Part shown: piece by piece, positions 1 to 13,200 of the stretch | Position numbering within the stretch: the first letter of the stretch is position 1 | How the letters are laid out: each line of letters opens with the position of its first letter | DNA from: Ministeria vibrans ATCC 50519 | Lineage: Eukaryota; Protista; Filasterea | Assembly: GCA_943704425.1 (NCBI GenBank) | Contig: CALSCP010000538.1 | Coordinates: 1-42,812 of the forward strand | Direction: 5' to 3' | DNA length: 42,812 nt | The notes under the pieces: generated by a model | What the model saw: the letters and a program-made list of their open reading frames with translations, nothing else | The model's database searches: none | What the model was told of the DNA's origin: nothing | Translations under genes and position numbers: made by a program

Positions 1-48
<48 letters not shown>
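1..48. repeat. (GA)n microsatellite in a QARS1 intron
   Basis: Pure dinucleotide run. Confidence 0.98.
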
Positions 49-53
<5 letters not shown>

Positions 54-142
54 TGCCTCGAACAGACCATTTCGCGGTACTTGAGAATTCTCTCCTTGTT
101 GTTGTTGTTTTGTATGTTTCTCTCTCTCTTTGTCGATCTTAC

Positions 143-1555
143 CAAACCTCTCTTCATATCGTCAAAGAGACGGAGCGAGTCTGCAATGGGGCGTGTGCGC
201 CAGGGACTAACAAGGTTGTTGCGCACATCCTCGGCACTCGCATGACACACATACGCACTACAATCACACAACAACAACAACGAAGAGAAAAAAACAGGTC
301 AGTATCATAGCATGGGGTGTTGTTGACTGACGTACTCGTCACTTCGGATCAGCTGCACAGCATAGTCGTACAGCTCCTGGAAGTAATCGCTGGAATTGGT
401 GATCTTGTATGGCTTGTGACCAAGCCAGTGCACCATGTCAAGAATGCCTGCACAAAAAAACCCCCCGGAAGACGGACGGACGTGAAATTTTGCTTTAGTA
501 TTGAGCTTAATGGGGTTCGCACCAGTGTAGTAGCGCTCCTCTTCTTTCTCCGGATTAGTGTCGTCAAAGCGAAAGTAGCAGTTTCCGCCGTTGAGCTTGG
601 CGTACTTAAAGTTGAGCAGCATTGCCTTGGCATGGCCAATGTGCAGAATCCCATTGGGCTCCGGAGGGAATCGTGTGTGCACCTGATGCACAACAAGGTC
701 AGAAGTGGGAGGTTTTCTCCTTACACTCTCGTCACTCTCACTCATTCTCACTCTCTCTCTCTCTCACTCTCTCTCTCTCTCTCTCTCTCTCTCAATCCAC
801 ATACCTTTCCACCAACTCTCTGGACGTGCTCTTTGAGCAAGCGGCGCGTGTGCTCCGTCATCTCATAGCCTGCAGTGGTGTGGTTCTCACCGACACTATG
901 GAAGCGACGCACATCACCCACAAACGACGGCTCTTCCACCGCTCCCGATCCACTCGCATCGCCGTCCTTCTTCGACCCACTCGCTGTCGCTGCAGCTGCC
1001 GCTCCCTTGCTCTTCTCCTCCTTAGGCTTCTTCTTCTTGTCCGCCTCCGTCTTCTCACCCAGCAGTGCCTTCACTCGCGCATCAACCGCGTCCTTGATCG
1101 CCTTGCCCGTCGCCCACGGCTGCTTCGTCTTGGCGCTCACCACAAGACTCGCCAGTGGAAACCAGTATCGCTGCTCCACCAGTCCCTCCTTATTCTCTTC
1201 AACCGCTTCCTCTGCAGCCTACATAAATTAACACACAAAAGTTAACAATGTGCGCCTTGAACAGCCACACACAACTCACCTTCTCAATGTCTTCTTGAGT
1301 CACGACCACACCAACACCGCACGCCGTGTCCATTGCGTCGCCGTCCACAGGGGGAATCGGGTTCTGCTTGGCGAAATTGAAGGCCGCTGAAGGAGAACAA
1401 AGAGGCAAGAGGGAAGTGAGCGGCGCTCACACGGCAGCCAGAGGCGTTGACTGTCTCTCCTCACCTGCCAGCTGCTGCTCGCTCGTGAACCGGCCATCCA
1501 CAATACGACGCAGCACTTCGTGGTGCACCTCGGATGATGCGGTGGAGGGGAACCT

Positions 1556-1633
<78 letters not shown>

Positions 1634-1879
1634 AAGGAGGGGGAAAGAAACAAAGTGATAGAGAGAGAGAGAGAGAGAGAGAGGGAAAGGAGGGAGAAAG
1701 AAACAAAGTGATAGAGAGAGAGAGAGAGAAGACAAGAGAGAAAGAGAGAACGAGACACACGCACACAATCCAATGAGCCTTTGCGCGATGGTGCTAGTCC
1801 CTCCGGCGTACTTTGTGTCCAGCGTGTACATCAGCATCGCCTGGCTGCGATCCGGCGGCCCACTGAGCATTTCTTTCGC
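143..1879 (-). CDS. QARS1: Glutaminyl-tRNA synthetase, partial. Exons 1812-1879, 1465-1553, 1280-1386, 805-1218, 523-682, 336-447, 143-257. First exon presumably in the gap; 3' part runs off the window.
   Basis: Spliced GT-AG exons read in frame. They give the eukaryote-specific N-terminal domain (TSEQQLAAAFNF...[13 protein letters not shown]), then [25 protein letters not shown] (HIGH motif), [19 protein letters not shown] and AYVCH...SPWRTRP. Confidence 0.95.
1559..1748. repeat. (GA)n microsatellite with a duplicated ~53-bp unit in a QARS1 intron
   Basis: (GA)n run followed by two copies of GGGAAAGGAGGG(G/A)GAAAGAAACAAAGTGATA(GA)n. Confidence 0.95.
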
Positions 1880-1979
1880 CTGTTGGGGCATCCAAGGGTG
1901 TCAGACAGCGCTCCTGCCCCCGTTCATGCCCTTCGCGTGTCTCTTCCATGTCACATTCTTTGGACACTCCGCCAGTGCC

Positions 1980-2341
1980 NNNNNNNNNNNNNNNNNNNNN
2001 NNNNNNNNNNNNNNNNNNNNNNNNNNNNNNNNNNNNNNNNNNNNNNNNNNNNNNNNNNNNNNNNNNNNNNNNNNNNNNNNNNNNNNNNNNNNNNNNNNNN
2101 NNNNNNNNNNNNNNNNNNNNNNNNNNNNNNNNNNNNNNNNNNNNNNNNNNNNNNNNNNNNNNNNNNNNNNNNNNNNNNNNNNNNNNNNNNNNNNNNNNNN
2201 NNNNNNNNNNNNNNNNNNNNNNNNNNNNNNNNNNNNNNNNNNNNNNNNNNNNNNNNNNNNNNNNNNNNNNNNNNNNNNNNNNNNNNNNNNNNNNNNNNNN
2301 NNNNNNNNNNNNNNNNNNNNNNNNNNNNNNNNNNNNNNNNN
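1980..2341. other. Assembly gap (362 N) between ZC3H15 and QARS1
   Basis: N run, adjacent to a (CT)n tract. Confidence 0.99.

Positions 2342-2342
<1 letters not shown>

Positions 2343-2428
<86 letters not shown>
2343..2428. repeat. (CT)n microsatellite in a ZC3H15 intron
   Basis: Pure dinucleotide run. Confidence 0.98.
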
Positions 2429-2431
<3 letters not shown>

Positions 2432-2442
2432 ACTCAGCTTAC

Positions 2443-3549
2443 CTGCCGGGAGGGCATGCTTGTATATGCACTTGTCATTCCCATTGGGACACTGCCAGAA
2501 CCACCCATACATACTCTTCTCCACTGCCTCAAGAAAGTACTTGCACACAATTTCGGTGCCTTTTTGCGTCTTCTCCGCTCCGTGCTTCTTCTCCACGACC
2601 TATCCTCATACGCGCATCAGTACACTCGCACACACCACAAAAGACACCACAAAGACACACGCAGACACAACAAAGGACACCACAAAGACACACTCAGACA
2701 CCACAACACACCACAAAGCCACATATACATACATACACACACACACACACAGACACAGACACAAACACAACAGCACGGCGCACCTCGTTCAGCTTTGCCT
2801 CATCCCAGTTTGCCATGGAATCTTCCTCCTTGCGCTCGTCAGAGTAGATGGACTTCTTCTCGCTTTTGCGCTCCACTGCCAAATCGTGCGAAAATTTACA
2901 CTTGGCGCCCTTGCCACAAGCACCACTCTTGAAGAAGGCACACACAACCGATTTCGGATCGGCGCCTGTGCGTGCGAGTGTGTGTGAGTGAGTGTGTGAG
3001 TGAGTGAGTGTTTCAGCAAACGCCACAAAAACTCAAACGCTCAAACGTACCCGCTGAAACCTTTGATTGCACCACTGTTTGTCTGAACACAGGAAGAGGC
3101 TGTACAGCGGCATCCTTCTTCTTTTGCTGTCCTCCACTCTTGACCTGAGAAGGAACGTGAGAGACAATCACAGAAAAAAAAGAAAAAAAAAAAAAGAAAA
3201 AAATCACTCGTTGAAGATTCAATGACTATTGAAAGAGAAAAAGATCGAAACGAATCTTCAATGTAGGCACACCACTAGCACTGGCCTTCGACTTGCGCGC
3301 CGAAACACAACGTTTGACGTGGAATTGAGCGATTTTGCGCAATCTCTCGCAAAAATCTAACGTCTCTTTCGCTCGAAACAGCACGCGAGCGCCACCGGCA
3401 GACACGACGATCACGCGGCGGCCTACCTGCTTCTCCACATCCTGGATGAACTTCTGTGCCTTGGCTCCCTTCTTGTTCTTCATTCCAAATGTTTTGTCCT
3501 CCACCACCTTCTTCGCCTGCTTGTCCGTGACCTTCTTCTTCGGCGGCAT
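2443..3549 (-). CDS. ZC3H15: CCCH zinc-finger protein 15 / Tma46 (DFRP1), 3' partial. Exons 3427-3549, 3051-3144, 2784-2965, 2443-2599.
   Basis: MPPKK...[20 protein letters not shown]; [26 protein letters not shown] (CCCH 1); [35 protein letters not shown] (CCCH 2). GT-AG phases are consistent. Confidence 0.93.
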
Positions 3550-4002
3550 CTTGGAATCACTTACAACGCACGCTCTAGCTTACTGAAGGAAGAAAAATAT
3601 TATAAATGAATAGAACATTATTTGCTTCCGTCATGACTAGACTTTATTCTCTCTATCACATAACACATTATCACATCGATTATTATATTTTTACCTCTTG
3701 CACTCACATTGCCCCAGTGCATCTCTAAAGTCCAGACTCTCTAAAGTCTAGTGCCACGAGCCAAGTCAGGTGCGTGACCCGATCAATTTGTCGCAGTTGT
3801 GGTCTGCCACTCAGACTCAAAAGACAAAAAAATAGGATTTCGCACAGCCTACGTCGAATACACGCTTCATTGACTGCCTCGAGTGTATCGCTTCATTGCA
3901 TCACATCATACCTTGCATACCCTACCCTTTTGACGCGCGTATGTCCTCATCGTTTCACTCTGCTTCTCAGCGATCACCCGAAAAAAAAAAAAAAAAAAAA
4001 AA

Positions 4003-4012
4003 NNNNNNNNNN
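4003..4012. other. Assembly gap (10 N) after a poly-A tract
   Basis: N run. Confidence 0.99.
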
Positions 4013-4272
4013 GGCTGCCCCACACGGAGGATGAGATTCAAGAAGTTCAAACGCCCCACTCGACTCTCTTATGAGGCCTCTCTCGCGCTTGCCTTGTGGC
4101 GCAGCCCACCCGCTGTGTCCCGAACCTCTCCATCGTCGCCATCGCACTCGCCATCGTCTCCACCGTTCTCATCAGTCTTCTCTTCGCTTTGCCCTCCCTC
4201 CCCCCATTTAGATCACTTTTGCCGTTCGTCTTGCGGCTTCACAAGACAACGATACGGCGCTCGCTTGCCACT

Positions 4273-7200
4273 ATGGCCCGCCAGCACTCGTCCATGTACA
4301 GATTACATGCCATCGGACTGGTCTTGGCGCTTCTCTCTCTCCTCGTCGGTACAAATTGTTAAAAGAGAAAAAAAAATCCAAATCTCTCTGTTTCATTGAC
4401 ATGCTTGCTGCACGCGTTTGACCCTTTCCGCTCATACGTCCGCTTCATCATATGTATTGCTGCCTGTTTGGCCGTCCGTCTGACCCCCCCTGCCCCTTCT
4501 TCCCCCTTCTATCGACGTCGCTTTGTCCCTTCGACCTGTCTCACCCGTCAATCTGTGTCTGTTTTTCGTTCACTTTTTTTTGCCTTCAGGATCGGTACAA
4601 GCTCAGTCCAATGTGGGCACCAGCTTTGTTGTCGTCTTCATGTCAAATCGAATGACCAACGAACCGGTAAATAGGCACATTGAGTTCACATACAATATAA
4701 TTACATGCAACTCGACTGAACGTCATCATTATATTGTTTTTGCATATGTCATGGCTCCTATGAAATTTCTTAGTCTGGTTCGATTGAACTGGTCGTTGAT
4801 GCACTCCAGGCCACTGCGACGGTCCAAGTGAGCGCTCCCGGCGTGACACCAACACCTTTCATCACGACCGTTGCCGTCACCAAAGGCACAAACACCCGCG
4901 TGCAGCTACCACTGGCTTCACTCATGCTTTCGAGTTCAGGCTCCTCGCGCGAAAACAAGGCCATTTTTGTGACGAGTAGCGAGCCAGTCAGTGTATTTGC
5001 CTACAGTCTCAAGGAACAGAGTAGCTCTGGCATGCTCGTCTTGCCAACAACTCAGCTCGCCACCGACTATGCCATTTCGTCGTATCCCACGCGCAACTCG
5101 GGCACGGAAAGCACCACGTCGCGCGCCGCCATTGTCGCACTCGAGGACAACAGCGTCTTCTCTGTAGACGTCACCAACGCGGGCACCGTCTTCTTTGACA
5201 ACACTGTCCTTGCGGGTAGTGTTCCGCAAAATTTCACGCTCAACCGCGGCCAAGTCGTTCAAATGCGTCCGCTTACCGTCAGTCCAGGTGACCTCTCCAG
5301 CGTACACATCCACGCCTACACCAGCCCGGTGGCCGTCTTCTCGGGTCACGATTGTGCTTGGGTGCCCACCGATCGTGACCACTGCGATGCGCTTGCCGAA
5401 CAGCTGCCCCCTCAGCGCACGTTTGGTCGCTCCTTTGTGACCGGCCCATTTATTTCGGCATCCCTTCAGCCAGCCGTTTACCGCGTGTACGCATCCGCAG
5501 TTGCCTCAGTCGTCTCCTTTTTTGACAGCGCCTCCGACAGCACCCTCTCTCAAACCGTGGCGCCGTTGAACTACGTCGAATTTACCGCCTCGTCCGCAAG
5601 CACCTCCTTTGTACACATCAGTGCCACCAACCCGGTCATGGTTGCACAATACATGGAAGGCAGTGGACTGGCTGCGGAAGTCGCCCAGGGTGATCCCGCC
5701 ATGACCATCGTGCCGCCTGTCGAGCAATTCCTCAACGATTACCGCTTTGCCACGCCTCGCTCGTCCACCATTGCACCGCTGCCTGAGCTCACCATGGCCG
5801 TCAACGTGGCCGTGCCCACCGCACACACTGCCAGTGTGCGTCTCAATGGTGCCGTCGTGGACGCCTCCAACTTCACGGCAGTCGGTACGTCGGGCTATGC
5901 CGTCGCTCAGTTGCGTGTGCCCGCCAACACGGCCAACCTGCTCACCTCCAATCCGCTCAATGTGCCCCTCGGCGCCATTGTGTACGGTTGGGGCAACCAG
6001 GTCGCCTTTGCACACCCCGCCGGCCAGCGCCTCATCGATCTCACAGCAACATGTGTCCCCACAACGGGCATGCCGCGTGACGGTGTCGACAACGACTGTG
6101 ATGGCCGTGTCGACGAGGAAATCCTCAACGGCATCGACGACGACCTTGACGGCACAATCGACGAAGATCTCGCCGCCGAACCGCCCGTCGTCGTGTTTCC
6201 CGCCAACACGTCGCTTGCCGACTGCGCCGCCACTTTGCCTGTCACAACAGGTACTCCGTCGCTGTCGAGCGAGGCAGACGTGTGTGTCGACGCTGGCGGT
6301 GCCACCACCTTTGCCTTTGTTGACTCGTCCGATGCAGCGTGCCCTCACTTCACTTCAATTGTGCGCTCCTGGACCGCCACGGATGGCTGTGGAAATGTCC
6401 TCACGCACGATCAGTATATTACGCCCGAACCTATCGTCATTCTCACGTCGAGCTTGCCCACCGGCACGGTCACCGTCAACGAAAATGCGCCCTACAGCGT
6501 GACCCCGACGCTGGCCACCGGCACCTTGCCTGTACGTTGGTCGCTGGTCACCGCCGCAACGGACATGACCATCGACGCTTCGACGGGCGCCATTACGTGG
6601 AGTGCGGCTGTAGGCAACCAGGGCAGTCCTTACAGCGTGGCCGTCACGGCCACCAACAATGTGACGTCGGACACCGTCAGCTACTCTCTCTCGGTGCGCC
6701 TTATCCCCGTCATTACCAACATCACGGCCCCTCAAGCTGCCTTGCCCACCGCTGCTTTTTCCCTGCCGCTCACCCTCGAAGCAGGCACGCTTCCGGTCAG
6801 CTGGTCTCTCGTCGCTCCTTTTCCCGCCGGCATGACCATCACCACAGGTGGCGTCGTCCAGTGGCCCGCGCCCACGCTCAGCAACTCTCCCCACACCGTC
6901 ATTGCCGAGGCGTCCAATTCGGCAGGGAGCGACACCATGGAATTCGTTATCGAAGTTGGTCATGTGCCTGTCTTTGACGAGTCCTCCACGCCCTTCCCCT
7001 CCATCACCATAGCCGCCGGTGTGCCCTACAGTCAAGCGTTGCCTCTCAGCCAAGGCACCGCACCTATCACGTGGTTGCTTCTTGCGGGCCCCACCGGTGC
7101 CTTTCTCAACTCCTCTACAGGCGTGTTTACTTGGGATGCACCGACGCTCTCTGGCTCGCCTCACTCAGTCAGCGTTTCAGCAACAAACGACGCCGATAGC

Positions 7201-10200
7201 GACAGCGCGTCCTTTTCCATCAACGTGCTCACTCTGCCTTTCATCGACCAGGGTGTACTGCCACCCTCCGTCATCCTTGCCGCAGTTCCCTTTACGTTTA
7301 GCCCCAGCCTGATTGCTGGCACGCAGCCCGTCAGCTGGGCTCTTGATGCCACCTCGGCACCCCTTGAAATGAGCATCGACAGCGCCACTGGCGAGCTCAG
7401 CTGGCCGTCGCCCACCAACGCAAATCTCACGCTTCTTTTGACTGCATCCAACCTTGTGGGACAAGACTCCCTTGTGGTACCTCTGCTTGTACAAACCGCA
7501 CCCGCAATTGACTCCGCATCGCTGCCATCGCCCTCGGTCACCGTCCCCGCCCAAACAGCAGTCTCATACATGCCGACTCTCTTGATGGGCTCCCTGCCTG
7601 TCACTTGGTCACTCGCTAGCGCGCCCCAAGGCATGACCATCAACGCTGTGTCCGGTACAATTGACTGGTCGTCACCAACCAGCTCAGGTTCGCCCCACAA
7701 CGTGACGGTTGTCGTTGCCAATGCAATTGCCAGTGCACATTCGTCTTTCAACATTGTCGTGAACGAAATGCCTATTATTGACTCCACATCAGTGCTCGCC
7801 ATCGCCGCTGTTCAAGTCGGCAATGCCTTCTCCATGACTCCGATTGTCTCCGACGGCACACCGCCCATCAGCTGGTCACTCTCCGGTGCGCCCGCCGGCA
7901 TGACCATTGACTCGGCAACGGCGGAAATCCAATGGACACCCACCACCGCACAGGGCGANNNNNNNNNNNNNNNNNNNNNNNNNNNNNNNNNNNNNNNNNN
8001 NNNNNNNNNNNNNNNNNNNNNNNNNNNNNNNNNNNNNNNNNNNNNNNNNNNATTGTCTCCGACGGCACACCGCCCATCAGCTGGTCACTCTCCGGTGCGC
8101 CCGCCGGCATGACCATTGACTCGGCAACGGCGGAAATCCAATGGACACCCACCACCGCACAGGGCGACACGTCCGCCGTGGTCACCATCACGGCGACCAG
8201 CTCCGTTGGTTTCGACACTGCCTCCTTCACGGCGGCCGCCTACTTCCCACCGCTCCTCGATCGTGCCTCGTTCCCTTCCAGCCCCGTTCAGCTGCTCGCA
8301 GGCCAGTCCTTTGCACTCCAGCCAACCGTCCTCAATGGTTCTCAGCCGCTCACGTGGTCTCTCACGACCGCGCCCACCGGCATGACCATCAACTCTGTGT
8401 CGGGTGCCATTGCGTGGTCCGACACGCAAAATGCCAGTAGCTACACGGTGACGGTGAGCCTTGCGAACCTGGTTAACTCGGACGCGGTGTCTTTCACCAT
8501 CGACGTGCTCGACGCACCTGTCATTGACACCGCCTCGCTGCCCACGTCTGCTGTCAACGTCGAAACCGACGCCGCGTATAGCCTTCAGCTGGGTGTAGAG
8601 CGCGGCAGCACCCCCATCACATGGACCATCGACGCGGCTGGACAACCCACCAGCATGACCATTGGCACCACGTCGGGTCTGCTCGAATGGACACCGGCGA
8701 CGTCTCTTGATGCCGGTCAGACATACACAGTCACTATCAATGCCGCCAATGCCGTCGCAAGCGACTCGTTCACGCTCACCCTCAATGTCTTTGATGCGCC
8801 CCTCCTCAACGCGAGTTCGTTGCCTCCCAATGTCACAGACATTGCGTTTGCCTCCTCCTTTCAGGCGTCTCCTTCGCTCGCGTCGGGAACCCCTCCCTTC
8901 TCGTGGTCCCTCAGCGTGGCGCCCGCCGGCATGACTATCCACACTCTGACTGGCGCCATTTCCTGGCTCAACGCGAACAGTTCCGGCGCCAACACCGTGA
9001 CGGTTCTTGTGCAAAATCCTGCCGCGTCCAACGCGCTCACTTTCACTCTTAATGTTCTTGCGGTGCCGACCATCAATATCATCTCCGTCGTGTCGCTGGC
9101 TAGCGTCGAGATCCTTCAGTCGTTCTCCATGACTCCTTCCATCTCCGACGGCACACCGCCCATCAGCTGGTCACTCTCCGGTGCGCCCGCCGGCATGACC
9201 ATTGACTCGGCAACGGCGGAAATCCAATGGACACCCACCACCGCACAGGGCGACACGTCCGCCGTGGTCACCATCACGGCGACCAACTCCGTTGGTTTCG
9301 ACACTGCCTCCTTCACGGCGGCCGCCTACTTCCCACCGCTCCTCGATCGTGCCTCGTTCCCTTCCAGCCCCGTTCAGCTGCTCGCAGGCCAGTCCTTTGC
9401 ACTCCAGCCAACCGTCCTCAATGGTTCTCAGCCGCTCACGTGGTCTCTCACGACCGCGCCCACCGGCATGACCATCAACTCTGTGTCGGGTGCCATTGCG
9501 TGGTCCGACACGCAAAATGCCAGTAGCTACACGGTGACGGTGAGCCTTGCGAATCTGGTTAACTCGGACGCGGTGTCTTTCACCATCGACGTGCTCGACG
9601 CACCTGTCATTGACACCGCCTCGCTGCCCTCGTCCACTGTTGATGTACAAGTCGGCGTCACCTACTCCCTGCAACTCGCCACCTCATCGGGTAGCTCGCC
9701 CATCACGTGGAGGTTTTTACAGGGGGATCGTGACAACATGACGCTGGATGCGACTTCGGGTCTGCTCGAGTGGACACCCTCGCCGTCGCAGGCGGACATC
9801 CTGGTCACTGTGGTCTTTGGCGCGGAGAATCCCGTCGCACTTGCCACCTCCTTTGTCACCATTCGCGTGTTTGCCGCTCCCATCATCGACGCTGTCTCTC
9901 TCGAGGTGCTCTATGTTGCCCAGCACACACCGCTCGTGGCACAGGCCACCCTCGCACAAGGCACGACGCCCGTCACCTACAACCTGACGTCGGGTCCGAC
10001 GGGCATGACTGTGGACGCAAGCACAGGCGAGATTTTGTGGAATAACACAGCCGTCGTGGGCGACTATGCTGCCGTCATCTCCGTGACCAACTCGGTCGCG
10101 TCATCGTCTCTTTCTTTCACAGTGCGCGTCCTCGAGGCGGTGCACATCGATCGCCGTGGCTCCAGCGAGCACAACTTTGTCTTCTACTTTGCCACCCCCA

Positions 10201-13200
10201 ATCTCGAATTTCGTCTGCTCATTGGTGCCGACCAGGGCTCGGAGCCTATGAACTGGTCACTCGAACGTGCTCCAACCAACATGACCATCAACAGCACGAC
10301 AGGCGAACTCGCGTGGGTGCCGCAGACGAGCGACCTCTTTGTCAACTACGAAGTTGCCATGCTTCTGACCAACCCGGTCAGCAGCAACAGTCGTTCCATC
10401 ATTGTGGCTGTGCGCGAACCGCCCGAACTCGAAGCGGACACGCCCGCCGCCAATCTCACTGTCGAACGCGGTCAGCTTTTCACAGCGACTCTCGTTGCCA
10501 CGCTCGCCACACAATTCACTGGCGTTGACTATGAGTTCTCGCTGCCCATTTCCCTGCCCAACATGACGGTGGACGCCACGTCGGGAGTCATTGAATGGCC
10601 CAACACCAATGTCGAGGGCGTCTTTACGTTTACAGGACGCGTCTCGTCGCTCCTTGGTCACAACGATCGTGTCTTCAGCCTCGTCGTTGCCGAGACACCT
10701 CGCTTTGTTGCCATTCCCTCCTCCATTGCCAGTGCAATCGACGAGCCCTTTTCGCTGCAGCTCGAGCTTTCCAGCGGCTCGCCTCCCTTCCGCCAGGTGC
10801 TTGACGAAGCTCCCACAGGCATGACCCTCTCCGAAACAGGTCTCCTTCAGTGGCTTTCGCCCCACGACATTGGATCGCCGTTCACCGTGCGCGTGTCCAT
10901 CTCCAATGCGGTCGGTGGCGACCAGATCACAACCTCCCTCTCGATTCAGTCGCGCGTCGCCATCTCGTCTTTGGGCGTGCCCACAAACGCCATTCAATCA
11001 GGATCGCCTTACACCCTCCAGTTTGCACTATCTTCAGGAACTCCACCCGTTGCTTGGTCTCTCCTACAAGGACCCCCTGGTGCCCTGCTTGCCTCCGATA
11101 CAGGCTTGCTTGTATGGACCGTTCCCAGCGGTGTGGATTCTCCGTACAACGTCACTTTGTCCGCTACCAATGACGTTTCGTCCGCCACCCTCTCCTTCCT
11201 CTTGACCGTGCTCGATCCGCCGGCCATTGATCCCGACAGTGTCCCCTCCGCCGCCATCCAGGTGACGCCCGGATCAAGCGTCTCGCTCTCACCCGCTCTG
11301 CTCACCGGCACCAGTGTAACCTGGTCCCTTGCCAACACCCCACCGTTCGGTGTGCAAATTGATGTCAACACCGGCGCCGTCCAATGGCTCTCGGCGACAC
11401 GCGCTGGTTCGCCGCACGTACTCACCATTGTTGCAAGCAATGGCATTGGCACTGACTCGGTGGTGGTCGTCGTCGAAGTGCGCCTCGCACCTGTCATTGC
11501 GGGTATCCCTGACACAACAGTGCACCTCTACGAGAACTTTCCGCACGTCCATCACCTGGGGCTTGTCACCGGTGGTGTCGCCTCGTGGTCTCTGGATGCC
11601 GGTGCCCCCGCTGGCCTCACCATTGTTAACAACACAGGCTTGCTTAGCTGGCCCGCCCCGCAACTCGAGTCAAACGGTGAGCCGTATACCGTGTCGGTGA
11701 CTGCAAGCAACGCCGTCGGCAGCGACACGCAATCGTTCAACATTGTGGTGGAGACACCACCATCGCTCAACAATGGCGCCTCGACCCCTGACATGTCCGG
11801 CACTACCTTTTATGTGGTCTTTAGCGAGAACCACGGCAATGTGGGCGACCTCTACGTGCTTGTTGCAGCTCAAGAGGGCACCGACGCCACTGTCACCGTC
11901 ACCATGGCCAGCCAGAGCTTTTCCACCCAGGTGACCGCGTCTGCCTTGGGCACTCCCGTGCGCGTTGACCTGCCCAGTCAGGCTCGCGCCTCAACAGCCT
12001 CGATCGTGTCTGCCGGTGTTCACATTGCGTCTGACACGCGCATCAGCGTGGTGGCTTTCGACACAGCTTCGAGCAATGGCAATCTCTTTGCTGGCAGCTT
12101 TGCAGTGTTGCCCAGCGACGTGCTTGGCACAGATTACCGTGTTATGGCGTACGGCGCAACGGACGCCGCCGATGGAGCACGCAGTCAATTTACCGTCATG
12201 GCGACGCAAGATAACACCACTGTGACCGTTGTGCCTCCTTCGAACGAGCTTCTCTTCATCAACAGCCAGGTGGTCTTTGGGACCATGACAGTCACGCTCA
12301 ATGCCTTCGAGACCATTGCGGCCACAGCGGTGCTTGCCAGTCCCGGCGATGTCACCGGCTCTATCATCTTCGCCGATCGACCGCTGGTGGTCGTGGGAGG
12401 GCACCAATGTGCACAAGTGCCCCGAGACAAGTCAGCGTGTAACCTTCTCGCACAGCAGATTCCTCCGATCCGCACGTGGGGCACCGAGGTAGTCACGCAG
12501 GCGTTTTCCGGCACGCAAACGGGCGGCGATATGGTCCGTGTGCTCACCGCAAGTGCCACCTCCAGTACACAGGTGTCGTACTCCATCAACGGTGCCACAC
12601 CCGTCGTCGTGTCCGTCATTGGCTTTGTGCAATTTGCCTTGCCTGCCGATGCGACGCTCTGGGTTGGAGAAACGTCGTCTCCTCGCGAAGGCATTCTGGT
12701 TGCTCAGTTTGCTCAGTCAGCAAGCGTGACTGTGCCCACCAACACAGTGGGTGCGCCGGTGATGGCACTGGTGCCGCCCGTCGAGCAATGGGGTGCGCTC
12801 GTGTCCATTGCCTTGCCTCAGTGGACGGGCGCCAGCGAAGCTCTTTTGGTGTACAGTCGTACGGCCGCTCGCTCGGGCGTCCTCGTCAACAACACTGCCG
12901 TTTCCGGCTGGACCACAGTCGGCACCTCCGACTACTCAGTTGCTCACGTGTCGCTTGCATCGGCCACTGGCGCGCGTCGCGTCACGGTGCGCAACAGCCA
13001 GCTGAACAACGGTGTGGGCGTGGTTGCGTACGGACTGGGAAATCTCGTTGCCTATGGCTACTCGGCCGGCTTCCGTCTCTCGCCTGTGCGCTCGGCTTGC
13101 GTCATGAGTGCCGGCTCGCCCGAAGATGGTCTCGACAATGACTGCGATGGACGCATTGACGAAGAGATTGCCAATGGCATTGACGACGACAACGACGGTC

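Noticed and set aside
1773-2987. Long + strand ORFs spanning the N run
   Set aside because: Artefacts of Ns and (CT)n/(CA)n tracts, antisense to real genes.
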